64,000 bases of DNA from a bacterium (GCA_030530485.1 JAUMUX010000003.1:13685-77684), one strand, 5' to 3'. Shown: positions 9,760-19,559, numbered from the stretch's first letter. A program made the numbers and translations. The notes: generated from the letters alone by a model not told the origin.

Positions 9760-9834
9760 TTTAGAATTCTCCTTAAATTCTAAAACCGATTATACCTGCA
9801 AATACTTTATTTTCGCTTTAAGGGAAATTTCCGA

Positions 9835-9870
9835 CAATAAAGAAAGACGACTGCTTTTTTGCAATCGTCT
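9835..9870 (-). terminator. intrinsic terminator hairpin downstream of small ORF 9905-10195
   Basis: 10-bp stem agacgactgc/gcaatcgtct (1 mismatch) with T/A6 loop and T-rich tail. Confidence 0.4.
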
Positions 9871-9904
9871 CTTTATAGCATTTTTAAAAAATATTGTAAA
9901 GTAG

Positions 9905-10195
9905 CTATTTATCTAACTCTTCTTCAGGCTCTATTATTCGAATACCTGCACCCATGGCGCGGCTTTTTTCTTCAAAATATTCTCGTTCTTTTTGGCTAAA
10001 TTTTTCAATGTTAAATTCCTCAACAGCTTTTTTCATTTCTGCGAAGAGATCGTCTTTATTTTGCTCTATTTCTTCTTCATCAGAGAGTAATTTTGTGTCT
10101 TCAGTAATCTTAGCTTTCAGCATATATATCCCATTTTTATTATCATATTCTACACTATTTATTATAAACTTTTTGCCGTGATTTAGCAATTTCAT
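9905..10195 (-). CDS. hypothetical acidic protein in AT-rich islet
   Basis: 96 aa ORF with extended -10 promoter upstream and terminator downstream; no recognisable domain; atypical codon usage. Confidence 0.3.
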   Translation of the reverse strand: MKLLNHGKKFIINSVEYDNKNGIYMLKAKITEDTKLLSDEEEIEQNKDDLFAEMKKAVEEFNIEKFSQKEREYFEEKSRAMGAGIRIIEPEEELDK

Positions 10196-10253
10196 AAGAT
10201 TGTTTAGTGATTATAGGTTTAGTTTTCATAGGCTTAGTTTTCATATATTTATA

Positions 10254-10262
10254 ATTATATCA
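10254..10262 (-). promoter_or_regulatory. extended -10 element TGATATAAT for ORF 9905-10195
   Basis: ggcgTGaTATAAT; the same 13-mer occurs upstream of the SDR gene at 6520-6532. Confidence 0.4.
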
Positions 10263-10385
10263 CGCCTTATTTTATTTTAGTAAATTACATAAATTATCAG
10301 GATTCAAAAATTAGCCCCTGCTAATCAACCTCGAAAATTCAGCCAGAATAAAAAAAGACGATAACGAATTATCATCTCTTCATTC

Positions 10386-10470
10386 TGGTACGCGAGAAAG
10401 GACTTGAACCTTCACGCCAATTGGCACTAGTTCCTAAGACTAGCGTGTCTACCAATTCCACCACTCGCGC
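10386..10470 (-). tRNA. tRNA-Leu (anticodon UAG)
   Basis: reverse complement folds as a cloverleaf: acceptor GCGCGAG/CUCGCGU, anticodon loop CUUAGGA, long variable arm, T arm GGTTCAAGTCC, encoded CCA. Confidence 0.8.
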
Positions 10471-10540
10471 TTAGTGATTCTATTGTAGCGTTTTTGCAAG
10501 GATAAGTCAAGCTTTTTTTGGCGTTTCGGGCGATAAAATT

Positions 10541-12610
10541 CTAATTCAAAATCGTGAGTCGCTGATATTTGGCGAGTTCTTGCGCATTTTGCGCTAAATA
10601 TTTTTCGAATTCGGGCGAATTTTGGTGTAAAAATTCTACCGCATTTTGCGCTCGCGCGATTGTTTTTGTGTCGCCCAAACTGGCAAATTCAAGATTCAGC
10701 TCGCCACTTTGCGCTTTGCCATAAATTTCGCCCGGCCCGCGCAAAGCCAAATCTTTTTCCGCCAACAAAAAACCATCATTGCTATTTTCGATTTCGAGCA
10801 ATCTTTGTGGTGGCTTCGAAGTCGAGCTCATCACCAAAAAACAAAACGCATCGCCGCCGCCGCGCCCCACACGCCCACGCAGCTGGTGCAGCTGGCTCAA
10901 ACCAAAACGGTCGGCATTTTCAATCACAATTGTGCTGGCATTCGGAATATCCACGCCAACTTCAATTACGGTAGTCGAAAGCAGAATATCCGCCTTTTTC
11001 GCCAAAAAATCCGCCATAATTTGCTCTTTTTCTTCTGCCTTCATTTTGCCGTGAAGTTGCAAAATCCGCGCGCCTTTAAATTCACTTTTGAGCCGTTTAA
11101 ATTCCGCCTCAACGCTTTTAATTTCATTTTTCGAATTTTCGAGAATTGCGGGCACAATCACAAAAGCCTGCCGACCTTTCGAAATTTCATCTTTGATTTT
11201 CGAAATCATCGGCGCACGCGAAACGGGCGAAACAATCTTGGTCGAAATCGGCTTGCGACCCTTTGGTTTTTCGCGCAAAATCGAAACGGAAAGGTCGCCA
11301 AAAAGTGTCAATTGAAGCGAACGCGGAATCGGCGTGGCTGTCATCGCCAGCAAATGTGGCATTTTTTGATGCGATTTTTCGAGCAATTTTTGCCGCTGTG
11401 CCACGCCAAAACGATGCTGCTCGTCGATAATTGCCAGCCCAAGATTGGCGAATTTTACCGCATCTTGAATAATCGCGTGAGTGCCAATCAGAATGTCGAT
11501 TTCGCCATTTTTAAGCTTTTCGAAAAGCGTTTTGCGCGCTTTGCCCTTCACGCTACTCGCCAAAAAGCCAATTCGAACGCCCGAATTTTGCAGCGTTTTC
11601 GAAAAACTCTCGGCGTGTTGAGCCGCCAAAATCTCGGTCGGCGCAATCATCGCCACCTGATAGCCCGCGCCCACCGCATTCAGCGCCGCAATCGCCGCGA
11701 CCACCGTTTTTCCCGCACCCACATCGCCCTGAAGCAAGCGGTTCATCGGCGTGCCGCTTTCCATATTTTGAATAATTTCCCACGTGGCAAGCCGCTGCGA
11801 ATTAGTTAATTCAAACGGTAAATCTGCCACAAACTTTTTGATTTTCGGCAAATTAAACGGAATTTGATAGCCTTCGAGTTTTTCATTTTCGAGCCGATTC
11901 AATTTCGAAGCCAAAATAATTTCAAAAATTTCTTCGAAAGCCAGCCGCTCCAGCGCCTTCTCGAAATCGCCCGCACTCGCCGGAAAATGCACACTTTCAA
12001 CCGCCACCGCGCGCGAAACCAGCCGTTCCTTTTGGCGAATAATCTCGGGCAAAGTCTCGGGCAAAATTTGCATCATCGGGCGGAGTTCGTTCAAAGTTTT
12101 GCGGATAATTTCAGTTTTCAAACCTTTAGTTTGGCGATAAATCGGCACAATCTCGCCCGCTTCACCACTGAAATTCTCGGCTTTTGGCAATTCTTCGCGG
12201 CGCATCGCTTTCGGATTGGTGATTTGGTAGTGATTATATTTAAATTCAAAATCGCCCGAAAAGAAAAACTCCTCACCAGATTGCAATTGTTTAACGCGAT
12301 ACGGCTGGTTAAACCAAACCGCCTTCACTTTTTGCTCGCCATCGCTCAAAATCGCCTCGGTTATCGTCATTCCGCGACGTACTCGGCGCAAAGAAACCTT
12401 CTCGGCACGCGCTTTAAATAGCACTTTGCCAGGTTTGATTTCGCTCAAACTGGTGATATTCGCAAAATCTTCGTATTTTCGCGGAAAAAATCGCAAAAGT
12501 TCGCCCACGGTTCGCAAATTGGCGGCTTCAAATTGCGCCAAAGTTTTTGGCCCGACCCCTTTTACCAATTCAAGCGAAGAATTCAAATTCATACTCTTTA
12601 ATTTTATCAA
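10541..12610 (-). CDS. recG: ATP-dependent DNA helicase RecG
   Basis: 689 aa; wedge domain, Walker A GDVGAGKT, DEQH box, helicase motifs. Confidence 0.9.
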   Translation of the reverse strand: MIKLKSMNLNSSLELVKGVGPKTLAQFEAANLRTVGELLRFFPRKYEDFANITSLSEIKPGKVLFKARAEKVSLRRVRRGMTITEAILSDGEQKVKAVWFNQPYRVKQLQSGEEFFFSGDFEFKYNHYQITNPKAMRREELPKAENFSGEAGEIVPIYRQTKGLKTEIIRKTLNELRPMMQILPETLPEIIRQKERLVSRAVAVESVHFPASAGDFEKALERLAFEEIFEIILASKLNRLENEKLEGYQIPFNLPKIKKFVADLPFELTNSQRLATWEIIQNMESGTPMNRLLQGDVGAGKTVVAAIAALNAVGAGYQVAMIAPTEILAAQHAESFSKTLQNSGVRIGFLASSVKGKARKTLFEKLKNGEIDILIGTHAIIQDAVKFANLGLAIIDEQHRFGVAQRQKLLEKSHQKMPHLLAMTATPIPRSLQLTLFGDLSVSILREKPKGRKPISTKIVSPVSRAPMISKIKDEISKGRQAFVIVPAILENSKNEIKSVEAEFKRLKSEFKGARILQLHGKMKAEEKEQIMADFLAKKADILLSTTVIEVGVDIPNASTIVIENADRFGLSQLHQLRGRVGRGGGDAFCFLVMSSTSKPPQRLLEIENSNDGFLLAEKDLALRGPGEIYGKAQSGELNLEFASLGDTKTIARAQNAVEFLHQNSPEFEKYLAQNAQELAKYQRLTILN

Positions 12611-12669
12611 ATTTCCGCCAAAACGGCAAAATTAAAAGCCGAAAAATTCGACTTTTTTTGCGTGGGAGG

Positions 12670-12987
12670 CTAAGCCTTTTCGAAAATTCCCGTTTGGTTT
12701 TCGAAATCGAAAATTAGTTTTTGGGCATTTTCTACATTTCGTAAAACCTCTAATTTTGGCTCGAAGCAGTTATATAGAACCCCTTCTTGCTTTTCGAAAT
12801 TCCGATAAATTTCTATCAAATCGGCAATTTTTATATCTTTTCTTTTGCCTTGCGAATAAAAATAAAATTCGCTAAATAGGGCGTGCGTACCTCTTTGCAC
12901 AAACCCCACCAAACGGCTGGATTCTACCATTGCTGGTAGGTAAATTTTTTGGTCTTTATCAAAGACCAAGGTTGCGATATATTTCAT
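12670..12987 (-). CDS. hypothetical protein
   Basis: 105 aa ORF with no recognisable motif. Confidence 0.3.
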   Translation of the reverse strand: MKYIATLVFDKDQKIYLPAMVESSRLVGFVQRGTHALFSEFYFYSQGKRKDIKIADLIEIYRNFEKQEGVLYNCFEPKLEVLRNVENAQKLIFDFENQTGIFEKA

Positions 12988-13074
12988 TTTTGCCTTTTAC
13001 CTCCAAAAAATGTACTTTTGTTTTCTGCAAAACATTGTATATTTTAACATTTTTAGTGCCTTGTGTCAATTATT

Positions 13075-13103
13075 TTGACTTTTCGGCGCAGTTATCGTAT
13101 AAT
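13075..13103 (+). promoter_or_regulatory. sigma70-type promoter TTGACT-17-TATAAT for ogt (near-leaderless)
   Basis: consensus -35 and -10 with 17-nt spacer; ATG at 13113 lies only 9 nt after the -10. Confidence 0.55.
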
Positions 13104-13112
13104 TTAAGTGAA

Positions 13113-13619
13113 ATGTATGAACTAAAATCAACAAAAATCGAAACTCCTCTGGGTGAAATGACGGCTGTGGCGCACGACGACGCTTTGGTATTTTTGGAAT
13201 TTAACGACAACGAAAATTTCGAAAAAGATTTGGAGCAAATTCGAGAGTTTTTCGAAATCAGCGCAATCGAAGAAGGCGAAAATTTGCCTTTAAAGCAAAT
13301 TCGCGTCGAGATTGAAGATTATTTCAAACATCCATTTGCGAGCTTCAAAACGCCCGTGCAAATGATTGGCACGGATTTTCAAGCGCAAGTTTGGCGCGAA
13401 ATCCAGAATATCAGCAGTGGCGCAACTTCGTCCTATTCTGAAATCGCCGAAAAAATCGATAACCCGAATGCTGCGCGGGCGGTTGGCAACGCGATTAACG
13501 CCAACAAACTCGCAATCATCGTGCCGTGCCACCGCGTTCTCACTAAAAATCTGGAATTTGGCGGTTATAATTCTGGCGCGCATCGTAAAAGCTGGCTACT
13601 TCAGCACGAAGGTTTCTAA
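13113..13619 (+). CDS. ogt: methylated-DNA--protein-cysteine methyltransferase
   Basis: 168 aa from ATG 13113; PCHRV active-site motif and DNA-binding helix. Confidence 0.85.
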   Translation: MYELKSTKIETPLGEMTAVAHDDALVFLEFNDNENFEKDLEQIREFFEISAIEEGENLPLKQIRVEIEDYFKHPFASFKTPVQMIGTDFQAQVWREIQNISSGATSSYSEIAEKIDNPNAARAVGNAINANKLAIIVPCHRVLTKNLEFGGYNSGAHRKSWLLQHEGF

Positions 13620-13651
13620 AATCTCCCGTTCAAAATTCAGCCAAATTTAAA

Positions 13652-13682
13652 GCACTCTTTCGAAAAGGAGTGCTTTTTTTGG
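13652..13682 (+). terminator. intrinsic terminator after ogt
   Basis: 8-bp stem agcactct/ggagtgct, loop ttcgaaaa, followed by T7. Confidence 0.6.
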
Positions 13683-13687
13683 AGGTC

Positions 13688-14632
13688 TTATTTTTCGAAA
13701 TAATTGATGATTTTTTTCAAATCATCCAGATATTTTTGACGATTTTCGCCCGAAAGCATCATCGCAGGAACCGCCAACGAGTAATCGTAGCAGTTGCCCG
13801 TGTCGCAATACCAGCCGTTTATTCTCACGGCGTGGAATTTCAACCCCGAATCCATCGCTCGTTGCACGGGAATCTGATACATCAATTCCCCGTTTCCGTC
13901 AAATTCCTCAGCGTATTTATTCATAAAATCCAGAACTTTGTTTTCGAAAACTGCCCCGCGCACGCTCGCGAGTTCACTTTTAGCATTTTCGAAACCTGGC
14001 TTCTCGTCGATTCGCTCCACTTCGAGAATCAAATTTTCCGAGCTATTTTTCGGTCGATAAATAATCGCGCCGACGATAATTGCATACTTATCGTATTCCG
14101 CGTCGCTTTCCACCTGTTTTACCGGCAAAATACTGCCGCCATATTTTTCGTAAGCGTCAAAAATCTGCTCGAATTCATTTCTTCCAGATGTAGCAAAATT
14201 ATCATCTGGAAAGAAAAAGCCGAAATCATTTTTGCCAATAAATTCCACTGTTTCTGGCGTACTGATTGGCGCCTGATTGCCATAAAATGGACAATCTTGA
14301 AGAATGAATTTCGCGGGTGAAAGGAACGCCACACGCTCAACTTTTTCGGCAAAATCACATTTTCCCTTCTTTCGAAGGTCTTCAACAATTTGCTGTTTCT
14401 TTTCGAAAAGCTCTCGAATCGAAGTTTTTTCTTTAGAAACTATAATCGTGATATTTTGCGGCTCAATTCCAGCCTGCACCAACTTTTCCACTAAAATCAG
14501 AATCGAATTTTGGAGGAAGCCTTCAAAAGGCAGCGGAATCAACTCCTTGGCAAAACCAGTCGTCGCAGGATAACCGCGAGTTCCGTTGCCAGCAGCCGGA
14601 ATAATCGCCTTTAAATTTTTTCTATTTAGCAT
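13688..14632 (-). CDS. sugar-phosphate nucleotidyltransferase (GalU / UTP-glucose-1-phosphate uridylyltransferase-like)
   Basis: AIIPAAGNGTRGYPATTGFAKELIP matches the GalU AxIPAAGxGTRxLPATK signature; remainder divergent. Confidence 0.55.
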   Translation of the reverse strand: MLNRKNLKAIIPAAGNGTRGYPATTGFAKELIPLPFEGFLQNSILILVEKLVQAGIEPQNITIIVSKEKTSIRELFEKKQQIVEDLRKKGKCDFAEKVERVAFLSPAKFILQDCPFYGNQAPISTPETVEFIGKNDFGFFFPDDNFATSGRNEFEQIFDAYEKYGGSILPVKQVESDAEYDKYAIIVGAIIYRPKNSSENLILEVERIDEKPGFENAKSELASVRGAVFENKVLDFMNKYAEEFDGNGELMYQIPVQRAMDSGLKFHAVRINGWYCDTGNCYDYSLAVPAMMLSGENRQKYLDDLKKIINYFEK

Positions 14633-14750
14633 TATTTATATGCCTCCTTGAATTAAAGTACCTCAGTCGCCCAAGGTCTGATGTTCGAATTATAACATAA
14701 AGAAAGCCAGCGGTCAAATTTGCTGGCTTTCGATTTTTCGAAATTCGAAT

Positions 14751-15935
14751 TTATTGTTCTTCGCCGCCGAATTTTTCGGTATCTGGTTCATCGCCGTCGA
14801 AACTTCCCACGACTTCCGCTTCGCTCGCTTCGTTCAAAGCGTCAAAAAGCCCATCTTCCACATTGCCGCGTGGTTTTTTCTCTTCAGCTTTTGCGAGCTC
14901 GATGTCTAATTCAAAGCCAGTCAAGCGCGAAGCAAGGCGCACATTCTGACCGCCGCGACCAATCGCCACCGATTGTTGTTCTTCTGAAACGAAAACTTTC
15001 GCCCGTTTTTTGCCATCTTCGATTTCAACTTTCACGATTTCAGCTGGACTCAAAGCTTCACGAATAAACTCGCTTGAATTTTCGCTCCAAGTGATAATAT
15101 CGATTTTTTCGCGTTCGCCGATTTCATTCATCACCGATTGAACACGCACGCCGCGTCCGCCGACGAAAGTTCCCACTGGGTCAACGCCAGTCATCGTGCT
15201 GCGAACCGCCATCTTAGTGCGCCGACCAGCCTCGCGAGCAATCGCCACAATCTCAACCATTCCAGTTTCGAGCTCAGGCACTTCTTGCTGGAAGAGAATT
15301 TCGACGAATTTCGCATCCGCGCGCGAAAGAATCAATTCTGGCGAGCGACCTTCTTTTTCGATTTCTTTAATCAAAACCTTCACGTGTTGACCAACGCTAA
15401 AATATTCACCGTGAATTTGCTCGCGCAACGGCATAATTCCCGAACCTTTACCGAGGTCGATTCGAATAAATCGCTGCTCAACTTTCGAAACCGAACCGCT
15501 CACAATCGTGCCGATTTTATCTTCGAATTCTTCCAAAATCACCTCGCGCTCAGCTTCACGAAGTCGCTGCAACACTACCTGTTTGGCAGTTTGCGCCGCC
15601 ACTCGACCAAAAGTTTCCACTGGGAATTTATCTTCCACGATTTCACCAATTTCGGCATTTGGGTCTTTCGCTTTCGCGTCTTCCAACAAAATTTCGCTAA
15701 TTGGGTCGAACGCTTCTTCCCCATCCACCACTTCATATTGCACAAAAACTTCTGCTTCGCCAGTGTTCAAATCAAGCTCCGCGCGAACATTCTGGCCACG
15801 TTCACCATTTTCACGTCGCCAAGCCGCCGCAATCGCCGCCTCAATCACTTCAATCACTTTTTCTTCTGGCAGATTTTTTTCTTCCGCAATCGTGCGCGCC
15901 GCCAAAAGCATTTGTTTGATATTCAAATCTTCCAT
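14751..15935 (-). CDS. nusA: transcription termination/antitermination factor NusA
   Basis: 394 aa; N-terminal domain, S1 and two KH domains with conserved motifs. Confidence 0.9.
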   Translation of the reverse strand: MEDLNIKQMLLAARTIAEEKNLPEEKVIEVIEAAIAAAWRRENGERGQNVRAELDLNTGEAEVFVQYEVVDGEEAFDPISEILLEDAKAKDPNAEIGEIVEDKFPVETFGRVAAQTAKQVVLQRLREAEREVILEEFEDKIGTIVSGSVSKVEQRFIRIDLGKGSGIMPLREQIHGEYFSVGQHVKVLIKEIEKEGRSPELILSRADAKFVEILFQQEVPELETGMVEIVAIAREAGRRTKMAVRSTMTGVDPVGTFVGGRGVRVQSVMNEIGEREKIDIITWSENSSEFIREALSPAEIVKVEIEDGKKRAKVFVSEEQQSVAIGRGGQNVRLASRLTGFELDIELAKAEEKKPRGNVEDGLFDALNEASEAEVVGSFDGDEPDTEKFGGEEQ

Positions 15936-16060
15936 TTTTTGCCTTTCTAAATAATTTCTTTTATGAAAAATGCCGACCCGCTGGCCGACTACTTTTTAAT
16001 CATATCACCATTCCACTAAAAAATCAAGGATTTTGTAAAAAGAATAAGCTCAAAAAAGCA

Positions 16061-16095
16061 AAATTAAAAAATCGCTCCTGTCGAAAGGGGCGATT
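16061..16095 (-). terminator. intrinsic terminator after ORF 16111-16449
   Basis: 9-bp stem aatcgctcc/ggggcgatt with one GU pair, followed on the minus strand by a T-run. Confidence 0.45.
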
Positions 16096-16110
16096 TTATT
16101 TCGAAAATTT

Positions 16111-16449
16111 TTATTGCCGTGCGTTCATAATTTTATTGTATTCTTCGTTAGAGATAGCTCGATTTTCGAAATCCTCATCAGCCTGCGTTCGCTCGCGATA
16201 CGAATACGAACCGTCTTCATTCGGCACCAGCTGAAGTTTCAAGTGTTTTTCAAGCGCCCGCATTCGCTCAGAATTTTGCATCCAAAGAGTAACGCTGCCT
16301 GTATCTTCTAAAGAGTGGTTATAATATTCCCAAAATATCGTCGCCATCACGCCCACCACGACGCCAATCGCCAGCGTCAGCACAAAATGCAAAATATGCC
16401 AATCGCGACGTGCGAAAAATTTCATCTTGGTGTTTTCTGTTTTTGTCAT
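16111..16449 (-). CDS. hypothetical membrane protein
   Basis: 112 aa, one TM helix, no motif. Confidence 0.3.
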   Translation of the reverse strand: MTKTENTKMKFFARRDWHILHFVLTLAIGVVVGVMATIFWEYYNHSLEDTGSVTLWMQNSERMRALEKHLKLQLVPNEDGSYSYRERTQADEDFENRAISNEEYNKIMNARQ

Positions 16450-16575
16450 AATTTTCCTTTTTTAGACTTTTTTAGATTATTCCAAAATCATTATACCAAA
16501 GCGCTTAAGCTTTTGCAATTCGAAAACCAAATTCGAAAAACCGCCCCTTTTCGAAAGAGCGGTTTATGTTTCGAA

Positions 16576-18657
16576 TTAAACTTTATTCACCACTGGAATC
16601 ACAATTGGCGTGTGGCCAGTCGAATCGAAGAGCAAGTGTGAAATATCGTCTTTGATTTCTTGCTTCAAATCGGCGATTTCGATTTTTCGCTCAGTTTCGC
16701 GGTCGGTTTTTACGCGCAAATAGTGGCGAATTTTACCAATCAATTCTTCGCTATCTTTTAGATAAACAAATCCGCGGCTAATCACATCTGGCGTTTTCAT
16801 CAAGCGACCAGTTTTTTTGTTGATAGTGAGCACAATCACAAAAATTCCCTCGGTTGAAATGTGAAGTCGGTCTTTCACCACCGCGTCGTGAACGGTGTTG
16901 CCCGTGTTGTCGTAAAGAATTGAGCCAACGTGAATGCGACCACCTTTTTTAATTTTCTTCTCTTTGGTGAGCTCGATAATATCGCCAGAATCCGCCACCA
17001 AAATTCGCTCGCGCTTCAAACCAAGAACTTTTTGCGCCATTTCGGCGTTGTGTTCAAGCATATAAAACTCGCCGTGCACTGGCAAATAGTTGAGCGGACG
17101 TAGCGTTTCCACCAGTTTAACGTGGTCGTCATAATAAGCGTGACCCGAAAGGTGAAGCGGCCCAATGCCGTGATAATGCCCGCGACCGTGCTGAATCACA
17201 CCCGCACCTTCGCGAATTAAACCATCTACCGTTGAAGCCACGCGCGGCTCATTGCCTGGAATTGGGCTGGAAGAAAATACCACCACATCGCTGGCTTTGA
17301 TTTTTACAAAACGGTGCGCCCCAGTTGCCATACGGTTCAAAACGGCGTTCAATTCGCCCTGCGAACCTGTACAGACAATCGTCACTTTCGAATCATCAAG
17401 TTTTACGATGTCTTCCATCTTCACAATCACATCTTTTGGCACCTTGATTTTGCGGCTTCGAAGCGCAACTTCGATAGCGTTAATCATCGAAAATCCAGCA
17501 AACGCCACTTTTCGATTGTGTTTAGCAGCTTCATCCAAAATCAATTGCAAGCGATAAATCTGGCTCGAAAAACAAGAAATAATCAAGCGGGCGTGCGGAT
17601 GAGCAGTCATCACTTCGCCAACGCTTTCGCCAATCGCATATTCGCTGTGCGGGTGCGTTCCTGGGGTGTCGATATTGGTGCTTTCGTTCATCAAAAGGTC
17701 GATTCCCTCAGTTTCAGCAATTTCTTTCAGCCGTGGAATATCGAACTGAGTATCCACTGGGTCGTTTTCGAAACGCCAGTCGCCCATATGCACGATATTA
17801 CCATTTGGTGTGCGAATCACCATCGCCACACAGCCAGGAATCGAGTGTAAAACGTGCACAAATTCAAGCGTCATATTTTCAGAAATTCGAATTTGTTTGT
17901 GCTCGAATGGGTCAACCGCCTGATAATTTGGCGAAACCTCCGCCACCGCTTCTTCCATCTGGCGTTTAATCATACCAAGCGTAAAATCGGTTGCATAAAT
18001 CGGAATATTATTGCCAAATTCAGGCAAAAGCTGGCGAACCGCACCGATGTGGTCAAGGTGAGCGTGCGTAAATGCCACCGCCTTCACTTTGTGCATATTG
18101 TCTTTAAGATAAGTGATGTCGGGCGTCATATAATTCACGCCAGGGTAATCTTCGTTCGGGAAAATCGAACCCATATCAATCACCAAAATTTCGTCTTTGT
18201 ATTCAATCGCGAACATATTTTTACCAATGCCAAATTCGCCCAAACCGCCCATTGGAATTACTTTCACGCTGTCCGCCTCTGGTCGTAATTTCTTCAAAAT
18301 CGTTGGCGTGAGCTGTTCGCCATTAAAGCCGTTGAAGCGCGATTTATTCACCGGAATATTCACGATGTGCTGAGTTGCGCGCAAATTGATGTCGTTCGAA
18401 ACCATTCGCTGAGCTCGCACCACCGCGCCACGGCGAGTTGTAGTTGGAATATTCACCTTTTTCGAATCGTCTTTTTTCGAATTTTGCTTCGCAGCCTTAT
18501 TTTGCGCTTTCGAAATTCGCTCGGCTTTTTTGGCTTTTTCGGCTTCTTTTTGCTGGCGATTGGCAACATACTTTTCGCGATTTTTCGCCAAATCTTGCGC
18601 CTTTTTCTGCAAATTCACCCGCTTGCGCGCCTGCTTTTCCTTAAAATTATCAGTCAT
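16576..18657 (-). CDS. rnj: ribonuclease J with about 130-aa lysine-rich N-terminal extension
   Basis: metallo-beta-lactamase HAHLDH motif, beta-CASP and C-terminal domain; N-terminal K/A/Q-rich tail. Confidence 0.85.
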   Translation of the reverse strand: MTDNFKEKQARKRVNLQKKAQDLAKNREKYVANRQQKEAEKAKKAERISKAQNKAAKQNSKKDDSKKVNIPTTTRRGAVVRAQRMVSNDINLRATQHIVNIPVNKSRFNGFNGEQLTPTILKKLRPEADSVKVIPMGGLGEFGIGKNMFAIEYKDEILVIDMGSIFPNEDYPGVNYMTPDITYLKDNMHKVKAVAFTHAHLDHIGAVRQLLPEFGNNIPIYATDFTLGMIKRQMEEAVAEVSPNYQAVDPFEHKQIRISENMTLEFVHVLHSIPGCVAMVIRTPNGNIVHMGDWRFENDPVDTQFDIPRLKEIAETEGIDLLMNESTNIDTPGTHPHSEYAIGESVGEVMTAHPHARLIISCFSSQIYRLQLILDEAAKHNRKVAFAGFSMINAIEVALRSRKIKVPKDVIVKMEDIVKLDDSKVTIVCTGSQGELNAVLNRMATGAHRFVKIKASDVVVFSSSPIPGNEPRVASTVDGLIREGAGVIQHGRGHYHGIGPLHLSGHAYYDDHVKLVETLRPLNYLPVHGEFYMLEHNAEMAQKVLGLKRERILVADSGDIIELTKEKKIKKGGRIHVGSILYDNTGNTVHDAVVKDRLHISTEGIFVIVLTINKKTGRLMKTPDVISRGFVYLKDSEELIGKIRHYLRVKTDRETERKIEIADLKQEIKDDISHLLFDSTGHTPIVIPVVNKV

Positions 18658-18771
18658 TTTTCTCCTTTAAAATGCTCTTTCGAAATCCGCCAAAGGTCGG
18701 TTGTTGGAGGTTTTCGAATTGAACAAGAATTTATATTATTACTCCGATTATATCAATTTTAACGCTAAAGG

Positions 18772-18800
18772 TCAAGAAAAAACCGCGGAAATTCCACGGT
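18772..18800 (-). terminator. intrinsic terminator after ORF 18801-19559
   Basis: stem accgcgg/ccacggt (one GU) followed by a T-run on the minus strand. Confidence 0.45.
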
Positions 18801-19559
18801 CTAGCTTTTTGCGAGTGAAACATTTTGCTTGCTATTTACAAACCGCGACAGAGTTCGATTCGCGATTATCATAAAATTTCGATTGTCCGAAAATAATTTG
18901 GCTCGCCGAGCAATCCGCCCGAAAACCGAGATTTTCGAAAGCACTTTCGCGCTGCCGAATCCTTTTTCGCCAGTCAGCATTTTGTCCAGATAATCGTTCA
19001 TTAAACCATCATAGAGCCAAAATGTCTGCTCGAAATCTTCGCTCGAATATCTATCTCGCGCAAAATAAACTTCCATTCTGCGAAGCAATATTTTTTCTGC
19101 CAAAATCAGATATTCATCACGAAATTGACCCGCATTTTGTGGCGTCGAAAAAAGCTCCCAGCGCCGCGCCAACTGATACGCTGCACTCAAAATCGCCAAT
19201 TCTTCCTGCGCCAAAAGATTCAATTTCGGCTCATTCAAAATCAGCTCTTCCAGCATAAAATCCGCAAAAATCAGCCAGTTCAGCCCTAGCGAGCCGTCAT
19301 TTTGGTATCTTTCGAAAATCCGCGCTTTTAATTCTGGATTTTCGCTCGGATTAGTCAAAAAAATGCCTTCGAAATCGAAATGCAGCAAATCGTAAAATTT
19401 TCGAATCCCCGACTCTTCATCAATGCTACAATCAAGATAAATCCTGATTGGATTATTTGCAAAGAAACAGTTCCACTCGTTTAAAAGTGCTTGGCTCATT
19501 TTGCCACCCTCTTTCTCTAATGATAGCCATATTATACTACCTTTTTTCGCATTATGCAA
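18801..19559 (-). CDS. hypothetical protein
   Basis: 252 aa ORF, probable start at internal MSQALL; no recognised domain. Confidence 0.3.
   Translation of the reverse strand: MHNAKKGSIIWLSLEKEGGKMSQALLNEWNCFFANNPIRIYLDCSIDEESGIRKFYDLLHFDFEGIFLTNPSENPELKARIFERYQNDGSLGLNWLIFADFMLEELILNEPKLNLLAQEELAILSAAYQLARRWELFSTPQNAGQFRDEYLILAEKILLRRMEVYFARDRYSSEDFEQTFWLYDGLMNDYLDKMLTGEKGFGSAKVLSKISVFGRIARRAKLFSDNRNFMIIANRTLSRFVNSKQNVSLAKS

Noticed and set aside
10195-10244. In-frame-looking upstream ATGs (MKTKPMKTKP...) created by the tandem repeat before ORF 9905-10195
   Set aside because: They are in a different frame from the main ORF and terminate after 28 codons. This is most likely a by-product of the repeat rather than a gene.
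9780-10380. Integrase or transposase expected next to a tRNA-associated islet
   Set aside because: No ORF with recombinase motifs (R..HxxR..Y, DDE) is present in or near the islet. Only a 96-aa acidic ORF was found.
10646-11809. 387-aa plus-strand ORF inside recG; similarly long antisense ORFs at 628-1272, 6205-6909, 15138-15950, 21916-22770, 24297-25061 and 42906-43493
   Set aside because: All lie antisense to well-supported conserved genes. Their products are Arg/Phe/Asn-rich low-complexity strings with no motifs. The abundant TTCGAA palindrome contains no stop codon in any frame on either strand, which inflates shadow ORFs.
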